Origin: Octopus vulgaris
Taxonomy: Eukaryota
Assembly (NCBI GenBank): GCA_951406725.2
Contig: OX597817.1
Span: 58,962,001 to 59,026,000 of the forward strand
DNA: 64,000 nt
Reading direction: 5' to 3'
Below, in pieces: positions 51,761 through 64,000 of this stretch. The position numbers and the translations under genes were made by a program. The notes beneath the pieces were generated by a model that had not been told where the DNA came from, ran no database searches, and saw nothing but the letters and a program-made list of their open reading frames with translations. Every line of letters starts with the position of its first letter. The first letter of the stretch is position 1.

Positions 51761-52103
51761 TGTAGTAAAAATTGTTTGCCAACATAACATGGCAGTCCCG
51801 GTTTAGGACGACTGTTGCTGTAATTTAGCCCCAGGAGACATCGTCTCCAGCTGGCTATACGACACAGTCTGTGTCCTTATATTTTCGAACAAGGGAATCT
51901 AGCACCCTGAAATCACGATACACAGATATTGTTTTGAACTGAGTTGGGGTGCTGGATTCCCTTGTTCGAAAATACAAGGACACAGATCGTGTCGTATAGC
52001 CAGCTTCTCTGGCTATACGACACGATCTTCTGGGGCTAAATCACAGCAACATTCGTCCTAAACCAGGACTGCCATTCTATGTTGGCAGACAATCATTACT
52101 ACA
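51761..52103. mobile_element. ~340-bp fold-back element with a nested perfect hairpin
   Basis: 51761-51907 versus 51947-52103 inverted; nested 20-bp arms 51984-52003/52009-52028. Confidence 0.88.
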
Positions 52104-53187
52104 AAGTACTGTGGCTGAATATCTCTCACTGTGAGATTTACAAATAGTAATTTTCTACTTCCCTCAGTTCAGCAATCATAAGTACCTTGTACCGGATCTT
52201 TGTTTCTTCTTTGCTTTTTTTTCCTTTTTCTTTTTTATTTTTTGGTCAATGGGTCAGCAGTACTCACGATACTTTACTTCGATACTGGGGGGGGGGGAGA
52301 AAGGCAACCTCAAACAACTAACCTCACCTGGATACTTGCAGCAGATTGGATTCCACAAAAGGCAGTCCGAGATTCCAGGTGTTGGTCGTAATATCCAACC
52401 AGGAGACGAATTAAGGATACTTCCCCAATAAACCATCCGTGGCGGAGTTGGAACTTGCAATGCATAGAACTAGACGAATACCGCAAGGCATTCCTTTCCT
52501 ACGTTCTTATACTTCCATCAGTCTTTCGCCCTGGATTGGCACTTTTCTGTTTCTTTATCGATCGCGAAGGGATGAAAGGCAAAGTGGATCTTGTTAAGAT
52601 TTGAACTCAAAGCGCAGAGAATCGCCACAAAAATCGCCTAACATTCTGTCTCTACCGACTCTGCCAGCTCAACCCGATCTGCCTCCACCGGGAGTAACTA
52701 AAGGAGAACCACTCCTACATAGGCTCCGTCGTGGACTTCCTGTACGTCATGCTTCATTGCACAATACCATCGCAGGAAATTTCAAGGTTGATATTTCTAA
52801 GTTTTTTTTTTTTTGTTTCATTAGTTTTATCAAAGAATTTTTATCCTACATTTTATCTTCGCCTTTTTTTCTTCTTTTATCGTTTATTGATTAACTAACC
52901 TAATACATTTTATGGAATAAATTCTTTCTGCATGCTTGATTAAATTAAAGGCAAGGTCGAAGTTATCGGTTGATGAACTTTTAAGAGGTATTACAAACGC
53001 TGTGACGGAGGTGCACGGTGACAAGGAAGAGTGGTAGTCGGAGCTAGAGCGGAATGGTAAACATTGTAAGGAACGAAAAGGATCGATAAAATGTTAACAT
53101 ATCTAAGTCTTACAAATTTATTGAGAAAATATAGTTTTATTTCCTTCAATTTATTTTATTCGATACAGGAAATTCAATCATCTGGGG

Positions 53188-53232
<45 letters not shown>

Positions 53233-53595
53233 CGTGTGTGTGAACGTGTGTGTGTGCGTAATGTGCTTTCTCAAATTTAAACAATAAGCATGCATCTATA
53301 CACACATATATGCATACATACACGTATATATATAAATGTAATCATATTTAGGAGAGACAGCTGAAAGATCCTCTTGCTGGCTTTGGTATAAGAAAGAAGA
53401 GTTAAGCTGGAAGCCAGGAAGAGTTGAGGAGCAGTGACTTGGCCCCCCTCTAATGACCCACCCAACGGGAGGGTGTTATGGTTCAGGGTCGAAACACCCG
53501 ATGAACGATGGATACCGTCTGATGACATCAGTTCCGCCTGATCAAGGTTCCATTCACTTTGGTGAATGGATAAAGCACCGCCTTACACATGTTAT

Positions 53596-53662
<67 letters not shown>

Positions 53663-53709
53663 CACATATATATGCATATATATATAAACATATATATATA
53701 TCGTTAGCT

Positions 53710-53875
53710 ACTACACACAGTTTTTTCTCTCCTTGTTTTTTCTGTGTCCCTTTCTGTAGAAGAGCGTAGGCTCGAAACGTAAAAGACTTTTTCTATTCCT
53801 AAGCGTTATACTAATACATCTGTTTGTTTGTACACCACCTGCCTTCGTCCTTTGTTTATTTTCGTAAACTTTCCC

Positions 53876-53880
<5 letters not shown>
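53710..53880 (+). mobile_element. (TA)n-flanked element with minimal HHR-like motif at 53750-53785
   Basis: cttt-CTGTAGA-a-GAGC(gtag)GCTC-GAAA-cg-TA-aaag; A6U core deviation. Confidence 0.6.
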
Positions 53881-53910
<30 letters not shown>

Positions 53911-53944
53911 ACATATATATATATATTTATTTATATATTCTTAA

Positions 53945-54233
<289 letters not shown>

Positions 54234-55072
54234 TATATTATATCATATATTATATCATATTATATTATGTTATGCATAATATATATACACACATACACAC
54301 ACTCATACATATGTACATAACTATATACAGACTTACATACCACACCATACTTTTAATATGGTGTCGGTGATGGTGCTGGCAGCACGGCGGCGGCGGCGGC
54401 GGCGATGCCTCAGCGATCTGTTTGTGCCTAACAATAAATGTTGCCCTAGACTGTTGACAGTAGAGCGAACCGAAGTTGCTTACTTTGTCATGCACAGCAG
54501 AAGAGCAGCTGAGGAACAGCAGAAAAGCAGTAGAGAAACAGCGGGACGAGGCGAGAGAGCAGGCGTAAAACACATTGATGTGCTGTTCTTAAATTATACT
54601 GCAATGATTCACCTCAATAAACAAACGATTTGGTTGGTTCAATGTGTTCCCCTACTTGAACCGTTAGCACAGGTTCGAGTTCTGTAAATAGCACGGTTCT
54701 GCTATTCTTGGCAAATGGGGGTTACATATTCGTTGAAAGGTTTATTTTTAGTGGAAAACGTTCGGGCAATGCGAATAATTTTGTTGATTATGATGGTTGT
54801 GGTTGGTGGTAATAGTTGTACTTATAGACAGATAGATCGACAGAGAGAGAGACAGACAGACGTGGTATTTAGCTATCATTGCTATCGTTACGGTTGTTGT
54901 TGTTGTTGCTGCTGTTTTGGTGGCGATCGTTGCTGATGTATTAGAAATAGACATACTTTAAAACCATCTGCCGAGTTGTGTGCATTTTGAAACACGACTA
55001 CGTATATGTACACATGATATGCATACGTGTATATGTGCGTGTCTCTATAACATACATGCATTATGTAGGGGA

Positions 55073-55116
<44 letters not shown>

Positions 55117-55309
55117 ATATACGAATGAGTGGACAGACGAAAGAGGCACCCAACACATTTAATAGGAGTTGTTTTATTATTTAAAACAGTTTCGGCTCCA
55201 TGCGACTTAAAGTTTCGTCGGCTTCTGACGGAATCCAATCTCAATCAGGTTCATCACATGGTAAACCTAGTTGATCTGAAAATATATATATATATATATG
55301 TGCGCACGG

Positions 55310-55349
<40 letters not shown>

Positions 55350-55360
55350 TGTGTCGCGCT

Positions 55361-55584
55361 AAGAAGCGGTGCATGACACAAAAATTTTGACTCGAGTCAA
55401 ATATAACAAACTACTGAAAATCATTGTTAGAGTATCCTCAAAGTGGAGTCAAGACCGGCAAGTACGACTCAATGCCAGTACAAACTAACTGGTATTGACT
55501 CTATGCCGAGACTCTAATAACGATTTGGAATAGTTCGTTATATTTGACTCGAGTCAAAAAGTTTGGTACCGTGCAACGCGTCTT
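55361..55584. mobile_element. Palindromic MITE-like element
   Basis: ~70-bp imperfect terminal inverted repeats, each containing the 16-bp palindrome tttgactcgagtcaaa. Confidence 0.8.
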
Positions 55585-56744
55585 TGTGTAGAAAATATTA
55601 TAAAGATAAAACAGCTTTCAGGATCAATAGTGGTTTATTGGAGCGGAAGGTTGTGGATTTTTTCCGTATCGAAGTACGATAAATTGAAAACAAATTATTT
55701 CCTATTTCACAGTTGGTAGCCAGGGTTGCCGGGTATGCGAATAAAACCTTAAGAGTTAAGGAATGGAGTAGATAAGATCCAGGCTACATCTGTTTCATAG
55801 CGAGCGGAACCTCGGAAGTGGTAAATATCCAAGCAAGGGGTATACCGCAAGCTACTCTTCAGGCCGAGGGTATCTTCATTAAACGAAGTTTACATTGTCG
55901 TTAGGAGGCCCATGGTAACACACAGGGGATTCGATCAGAATGCGCAGAGAAAACAGTTTGAGTGGAGAATGTAAATGTGAAGAGGAATTAGGAATATAAG
56001 AAATGGTTCCTAATCAGAGTTCGATGGTGGAAGAAACCCCGAGAAACGTTTCATGAAGTTTCAGCTAGCAGCTGTTAATTACATCTCTCTATTTTAAATA
56101 TTACGTACGCTATTATCGCAACAGAAGCTGTATTAGATTAAAATAGCCATCAGTGCAGATTCATCGTAAATAAACTATGGTTTTCGTCCGGGGATAATAT
56201 TCTTTGTGGATGTGCTGTGTTAAAAAAATATAAATATATCAGCAGAAGACGAAGATGATCCAGTAGTGATGGTGAGAAATGCTCGATGTACATTTACGTC
56301 TCGTTGGGGGTCTATCAGTTGCGTATTCCAGCCAGCCGCATGCTAAGACACAATCCGTTGCTATAGTTACAGGAAAACAATGAGTGAAAAATCACTGATG
56401 ATGCAATTAGTCGTAAAGATGAATAAAGATTCATCGTCCGCAGCAGAAACAGGTATTAGATTAAATACTCATCTGTATATCACACATAATTATGTATTAG
56501 CACGTGACTGGCTGTAAGCACACACCTCTAACAAATCCCACCGAGGCAGAATCCTACATCTCCCATCCTCACCGCTGCTACTCGACGATTTTCGTCTGCT
56601 ACTGATGTATATATGTTCTTGAACACAGTGCGTCCTATAAGGGTTATTTTCCCCAGATGAATACCCGAATAAATCTACCCTTTCACAAAGTATTTCTGAT
56701 GGTTATTGCGTACGCTTAATGTTTCCTCTTGTTCATTGATAAGC

Positions 56745-57009
56745 GTATCTTTTATCTTCCATTTGTTTCGGCCATCAGGCTGCGCCCATGTTGGGGCACC
56801 ACCTCCAAGAATCCTTAGTCGAATGAATCGATCCCAGGACTTATTTTTTATTTAAGCTTAGTACTTGTTCTATCGTTCTCTTTTGCCGAACCGCTAAGTT
56901 ACGAGGACTTAGACACACCAACACTGGTTGTCAAACGGTGGTGGGGGATAAATGCGCACACACAAAAACACACACACGTATACACACACATGCACATACA
57001 CACACACAC

Positions 57010-57053
<44 letters not shown>

Positions 57054-57200
57054 GACGGGCTTCTTTCAGTTTCCGTCTGCCAAATCCACTCAGAAGACTT
57101 TGGTCGGTCCGAGGCTATAGTAGAAGACACTTCTGCAAGGTGCCATGCAATAGGACAGAACATGGAACCATGTGGTGAAGAAGCAAACTTCTACAGTCAA
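56745..57200 (-). mobile_element. Full-length diverged SINE-A
   Basis: Similarity to 6045-6462 along its length. Confidence 0.88.
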
Positions 57201-57289
57201 CTGCATCTCTTTCTCCCTCCCTCCCTTCCTCCCTCCCTCCCTCCCCCCTCTCTCTCTCTCTTTCTCTCGCTCTCTGTCACTCCCTCTTT

Positions 57290-57328
<39 letters not shown>

Positions 57329-57419
57329 GAAAACAGATAAGCACCATGACGGCAGTTATTTTCATCATAATCTTCATGATTGCGCAAATTGTTCCCATAA
57401 TCCACAAATCCACATTACC

Positions 57420-57612
57420 ATTGGTTTCAAATTTTAGCACTAGGCCAGAGGTTTGGGGGAGCAGTTAAGTCTATCACATTGACACCTGTTTTCAGTTGGT
57501 ACTTATTTTATCGACCCCGAAAGGATGAAAGGTAAAGTGAACCTCAGCGAAATTTGAACTCAGACCGTCAAGACCGACGAAATGATGCTAACGATTCCGC
57601 CAACTTGCTGCC
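57420..57612 (-). mobile_element. SINE-B
   Basis: ttggtttcaaatttt..tcgaccccgaaaggatgaaagg. Confidence 0.82.
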
Positions 57613-58814
57613 TGAGTACAAGTTACCATTACTTTCAAAAATAGCTATAACTGCTTCTTTTTATAACTTTTGTTGCTGTTGTTGTTGTTTCTTCATACAT
57701 AAAAAAGAACAAAGCTCAAGTCTCCCTTTTTTTCTTTTTCATGCAGAACGAAACGAATTTAGAAGTTAGACGCATCTAAATCTGACTGTTTTTCGTTCTT
57801 CATTCTGACGTAACACAAAAGCTGAGGCATCTTCCTTGGCAGACAGCGAATTCTGTCTTTAAAAACAGAAACATGATTCAAGAGTTTGGTCATTGCTTAT
57901 TTCGGAATTCTGGAGCTGAGGTGGGGGGGGGGTCAGGTGAGGGCTGAAAGAAAGGGGGAGTCTAAGTTTATTACTTGTTTCTCGTTTGATCTTTTCGGTA
58001 AACATACATAAAACACATTGGCACGTGCGCGTGTGTGTACGCTCGCGCACACGCAAGCACACACATGCACACATGTACACACACACATGCACACACGTAT
58101 ATGTTAATAGGTATTTATGTGTGTGTGTGTGTGTGCGTATACACATATATACATACGTGTGTCTGTGTGTACGTATGTATGTATATATATATATACATAT
58201 ATACATACGTGTGTGTGTCTGTGTGTATGTGTGCGTGTGTGTACACTCGGTAACAAAATACGTAATCTACAATTAGTTTGAGCGAAGTATTTTTCACCAG
58301 TAGTGCTCAACTGATGTTCATACAAATTATGAATTTTTGGGTGTTACGATATAAGTCTATCCTGTGAAAGAATGAACGGAAGCAGTTAATTTCTATCACA
58401 CGATATAAAAGAAATGTGTCTGGTCTTACTGTGTAGCATGTCGCCTTCGAGATAATATTCTGTTCCGACAACTGTATTTCTCATCAGGCGGTGTTCAAAA
58501 ACACAAAATCCCTCTGTATAAGTCATGTGGGATTGTATATAAAGCTGTCTGAAATAAAGGAATATACCAGAAAACAGACACTTTTACTTCGAACAAAATG
58601 ATATGGATGCATGTTTTTCTTTGAAACTTATTGGAATTCTTTACAGAACTCAGTCACGTCTTTAATAAAATGACAGAGAATTTTGTTTGAGACACTTCTA
58701 CGGGTTTCTGAATATGTGAATTAGTGTGTGCGTATAAGTGACCTGAACGGAGACTCAGCTCTTTTGCAGAGTTCAGGGCTAGCAATGTTGACGGGAACAA
58801 GCAAGTGAGTTACA

Positions 58815-59122
58815 CCGAAAGGATGGAAGGCAATGTTGACCTCAGCGAGATTTGAACGTAGAGCTGGAAGGAATTCCGGGCGCTAACGATTCTCTTAATT
58901 CGTTGCCATAATAATTCTTTCTACTGGAAGCACAAGGCCTCACATTTGGGGGAAGGGATTAAGTCGATTACATCGACCCCCAGTGCGTAACTGGTACTTA
59001 TTTAATCGATCCCGAAAGGCAAAGTCAATCTTGGCGGAATTTGAACTCAGAACGTAGCGATGAGTGAAATGTCGCTCAGCATTTCACTCGGCGTGCTAAC
59101 GTTTCTGCCAGCTCGCCGCCTT
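58815..59122 (-). mobile_element. Two adjacent SINE-B copies
   Basis: Cores near 58820 and 59000; head ..gccagctcgccgcc at 59120. Confidence 0.82.
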
Positions 59123-59134
59123 AAACTCGTCCCC

Positions 59135-59222
<88 letters not shown>

Positions 59223-59470
59223 TTCTGTCAAATTTTGATACAAGGCCAACATAATTTTGTTGAAGAGATGACACGTCAATTACATCGAACCCAGTTCTTG
59301 ATTGGTTCTTTATTTCAAAGTTAATAGAAACGTTAAGATTCCTGTTGTTTTTCGGTTTCTGGAATATCAGTTCTGTTTTTCCTTCTCCATTATTCGCTGC
59401 CTTTCAGAAACCCGTAACTTCATTACAGCTAAATAACCGATCTCTAAAAATTAAGGTATTTAAGTAACAT

Positions 59471-59762
59471 CACCGTGATCACCGTGATCGACCAGGCTAT
59501 CAGATGTTGCTACACATCGCATTGTTTTAGCCTTCGAATGACGCCACCCCGCTGGCTAAGCGAGCGGGCCAACAGAAGAAAGAGTGAGAGAAAGTTGTAG
59601 CGAAAGAGTACAGCAGGGATCGCCACCATCCCCTGCCGGAGCCTCGTGGAGCTTTAGGTGTCTTCGCTCAATAAACACTCATAACACCTGGTCTGTGAAT
59701 CGAAACCGCGATCCTACGACCGCGAGTCCGCTGCCCTAACCACTGGGCCATTGCGCCTCCAC
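59471..59762 (-). mobile_element. Full-length SINE-C with 13-bp TSD
   Basis: tRNA-like head ggaggcgcaatggcccagtggttaggg; TSD atttaagtaacat at 59458-59470 and 59763-59775. Confidence 0.95.
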
Positions 59763-60568
59763 ATTTAAGTAACATAATTTCATGAATTTATTTTGACATT
59801 GATTGTTGGCTAAACTACCTTCATTTGCCTCAGATGTACATTTATTTGTTTATGCCGTCTTCTGTTAATGAGTCGACCATTTGTTTCGATTTGATTTATT
59901 CCATTGTTTCCAGTTTGGTGATTATCTGATTATGGCCATCTCTGTATATTAATTATTTCTTTTCCGTTTCTTTCCTCCTCCTTTCCTCCCACTTCCTCTG
60001 AAATTCGCAGAGACCTTCGCTAATCCGCGGCTTTTCTTAAGCTCTTTTCCCTGGATTATAATTAGGCGGGTCTCTATTAAAGCTAAAATTCTATTAGCTC
60101 TGCAATATTTAATCAGAACATTTTAATCCAGACGAATTAAGTAAATGAATAAGTAACGCTGGAATTTATTAGCCATGTCACTCTTTAATGTGTAACACAA
60201 TATAACACAGTAAATTGGGGTTTTTTAGAACCACGCCGGTACTTGTCTTAGAATCTATTTTGAGGGAGTCAAATGTCATGCTTGACCCCGGCTGTCTGCT
60301 AGTATACAAGTATGTTCTACCAGTTCCAGTCTTTATGAGCGAGGTTGCTAAGTTTAATGAACTAGAAATTTCTCTTGTTGATGATCTCTCGGTTAATCAA
60401 CATGTCACTGCTTGCTTATATGGTAAACCTGATGCGTTGGGAGTTGTGAAACATTGCATGGCCTTATAGATGTTGTGCGTACTGCATGCCTGACTGTATC
60501 ATGTTTGCGTCAGAATAAAGACTCTTAACGAAGCAATTGTAGTAGTACCAAATAATCTATTTCTCTAT

Positions 60569-60635
<67 letters not shown>

Positions 60636-60638
<3 letters not shown>

Positions 60639-60745
60639 GGCGCGTGGTTTAGTGGTTAGGGTATTCGACTCGCGATCCTAGGGTTACGAGTTCGATTCCC
60701 GACAGCTCGTTGTGTCCGTGAGCAAGACACTATTTCACGTTGCTT
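60636..60745 (+). mobile_element. SINE-D head
   Basis: ggcgcgtggtttagtggttaggg..gagttcgattccc..gagcaagacact. Confidence 0.82.
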
Positions 60746-60771
60746 TTTTAATCACTTTTAATCATTTTACG

Positions 60772-61451
60772 ACTGGAGAATATTGGAAGGAGTCCTTTCT
60801 GCAATATGGGCACATATTTATCTGGATTTATGATTCCCTCACACTCCACCAGCTCAGATCAACCATTGCTCCAAATTGCTTCCCAGGCCATCAAAGAATA
60901 GCTGCCATGTTTCATTGTTGGTTGCAATCCTTTCGCATCAAATTCCTGATCTCAAAGTCTCTAGACCCACACTCGACTAATGTCAGGAAATACAGTAAAT
61001 CTAGACTCATTACAGAATATGACAGTGTCCCAAAATGCTAGTGGCCTCTCCACCAGCTCACTAGCCCAATCTTTTCACCGCTTGGTGTTAACTGGTCGAA
61101 GAAGTGGATTCCTTCTTACTGCTCTGCTATAGTAACCAAGTTTGTGGAGATACCTCACAGCTATTCTGGGATTGACATCAACTTGTTCTGCTATGTCAGA
61201 GGCCTTACAATGAGGATTATCCTCCACACTTCTCTAAGCAAAGAAAAGGATCCTGTCAGAGGGCCCTGGTTAATCTGGGCTAGGTGAGGCGGACCCTTTA
61301 CACTCTCTTGTGAATTTCACAATCACTCTATCAACTGTAGAAAGCGGGATCCCAAGGTTTTTTGTGATTTTACGCTGACTATGTCTACCTTCTGATTGAC
61401 CCACAATACGGCCTGTTTGAAATTCAGACAGTTCCAAAGATTTTTGGGCAT
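60772..61451 (-). pseudogene. Tc1 transposase pseudogene, truncated before the second catalytic Asp
   Basis: [76 protein letters not shown], with stops. Confidence 0.88.
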
Positions 61452-61637
61452 GGCAACATTAAACAGTCACATATAGAACCTGAAACATAAAAATGTCAAT
61501 TAATAAAAAACATATAAACCCTTACAAGTTTGAATAAACATAAAACGATGTCTTATGGTGTGTCTATTTACTTCTGACATGTATGTGTATGTATGTCTCT
61601 ATATGTATATATGTGTGCGTGTGTGTGTTTGTGTGTG

Positions 61638-61725
<88 letters not shown>

Positions 61726-61850
61726 AAGGTGTATAAATAAGTGGTGATATCAAAATTTACAAGTATTAAAAAATAGATAATTGTTATGTTTACGTTTTGA
61801 GTGCATATTTACATACATACATGCTTATATATATATATATATATCTATAT

Positions 61851-61882
<32 letters not shown>

Positions 61883-62675
61883 GTGTGTGTATGCACGTAT
61901 GTATATATATATATATATACGTGCATACATACATACGTACATACATACATACATGTATACAAACATACATATACACACATACATTCATGCGTACACGCGT
62001 ACACACATGCATACGTACTCACACATACGTACCTACATATACGTAGCTGCGTATGAATAAGTTTGGATGCATATGTACAGGTACGTATGTGTCTATGTTT
62101 GTGGGGGTATGCATGTATATATATATATAAATATATATATATATGATCTGATAAATGTCCCTTTATCAAATTTTATCAGAAACATTATCTGCCTAATTGT
62201 ATATAAACATATACCACAATTATTCTCACATACATGCTTGTATGTATGTATGTGTATATATATATATGATACACTCTCACGTCGTATTCCACGCATGACA
62301 GTCAAAGAATTTTACTTTTTTTTCTCTCCATCTCTTTTCCTTTTTTACGATAATTTTGATAAAAAGAAGAGTAAGCAAATCCGTTGACAATTCACTCAGT
62401 GACTGGTTTTAAAGTGGTCAGAGCTTGTGTGTGACCATTCACACCTTTTTGGTTCCGCTGATCGCAACAGTTGGTGCCAATATGCCAAGAGACCGATTGA
62501 ACCGTAGACCTCAATTGGATGGCCGTTGATCTTCATCAGCTCCTCCGTCCTTCAACAGATCTTCCTTTTCATCCTGCAGGGTGTCCAATAATCACCCTCT
62601 TCTGTTGGGGGTTGCCGGTTTAGTCGCTGACGACCCAACCATATGACGTGACAGTTTGTACCAGTAGCACTCGCG

Positions 62676-62791
<116 letters not shown>

Positions 62792-63629
62792 CATGATGAT
62801 AATGGCCGTCCACACGTGACTGAAGAAGATCATTGCTGACCTTTAGGAACATTGTGCGCTCTAGGACTAACTTATATTTTGTATTTTCGGCTCTGTTGGA
62901 GGCTAATAACCCCTGCTCTTGACATGCATGCACGATTGCAAACATATTGCGTTGTCTGATAAATTCGTCCGCTTTTTTCTTTTTCATCTGTTTTAATCTT
63001 CTCCAATATTATTTGAATTAACACAAAAAATATTTTCTTCACGCGGAGAGGAAAGCCTTCTTTTTTCTTTCGAGGGTTTATATGCCCCTTTATTCGACTA
63101 TTTTCCTTGGTCATTGCACGGTGATCACCATAAGCTTTAAGCTTATACAAAAAAAATACCATTATTATTCTTTACAGGATTGTAAAATACGGCACCATTC
63201 GCACCGACAGCATTTTATATCTTTTTTCTTTTCTTTTCCTTTTTCTTTTCATCTAGGAATTTTTATTCTTGCTCTCCAACTTTACCATTTATAAATTGTA
63301 CCTCTTTACAGAGATATGACGATGGAGGGAAAAGCTAACCAATTCCTCTAGTGACCCAAATATACTGACTTTTGATTTTATTATGAATGTCTGTTTTTAT
63401 TGTTGTTGCTTTTTTTTTCAGGAATAATTGTTTATATTCGCTAAATCTAATTTATGCTTCAATTCCTTTCGCAAATCAAATCAAGTTTGATACCCACGGA
63501 CTAGGGTTTCCTATGACTAAGGATCGGTGATATCGATCTCACATCGCCAGCACTACAAGCACTAAAACACTAAGCGTTCTCTTCAGAGAGAGAAACTCTT
63601 TCTAATTCAGTTTTAATAAGAATAGGCAA

Positions 63630-63674
63630 ACACACACACGCGCGCGCGCACGCACGCACGCACACACACGCACA

Positions 63675-63717
<43 letters not shown>

Positions 63718-63792
63718 ACACACACAAACACACACACAAGCACACAAACACACACACACACAAACACACACAAATACACACACAAACACACA

Positions 63793-63845
<53 letters not shown>

Positions 63846-63870
63846 ACGCACGCACGTACACGCACACAAA

Positions 63871-63924
<54 letters not shown>

Positions 63925-63959
63925 CACACACGCACACACACACACACACTCACACACAC
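63630..63959. repeat. (CA)n-rich microsatellite
   Basis: Directly visible. Confidence 0.98.
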
Positions 63960-64000
63960 TCGACTGATTGTATCTATAGATATACACTGTTAGCCGGTAT

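Noticed and set aside
53445-53545. CTAATGA / GAAA / CTGATGA motifs resembling an HHR
   Set aside because: No consistent stem I, II and III pairing in any permutation

Overview
AT-rich, microsatellite-dense eukaryotic DNA, most likely a coleoid cephalopod (Octopus-like; inferred from the tRNA-derived SINE families, not proven). No intact protein-coding gene is visible, and nearly all ORFs in the track are translated microsatellites. The window is a mosaic of decayed non-LTR retrotransposons (RTE, R4/Dong-type RLE, Tx1/L1), Tc1/mariner, pogo, hAT and Helitron remnants, at least four SINE families (~35 copies), a ~860-bp tandem array, and one candidate first exon of a host gene near 39.2 kb. The main unexplained signal is eight type-I hammerhead-ribozyme (HHR)-like motifs. 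They lie in short non-coding elements, mostly abutting (TA)n and often forming fold-back structures. Across copies they show different but self-complementary stems, palindromic stem III, and two U3-A8 core variants, and one copy carries a tRNA-like Pol III head. This suggests a diverse population of non-autonomous Penelope-like or retrozyme-like elements. All folds were traced by eye and none was computed.
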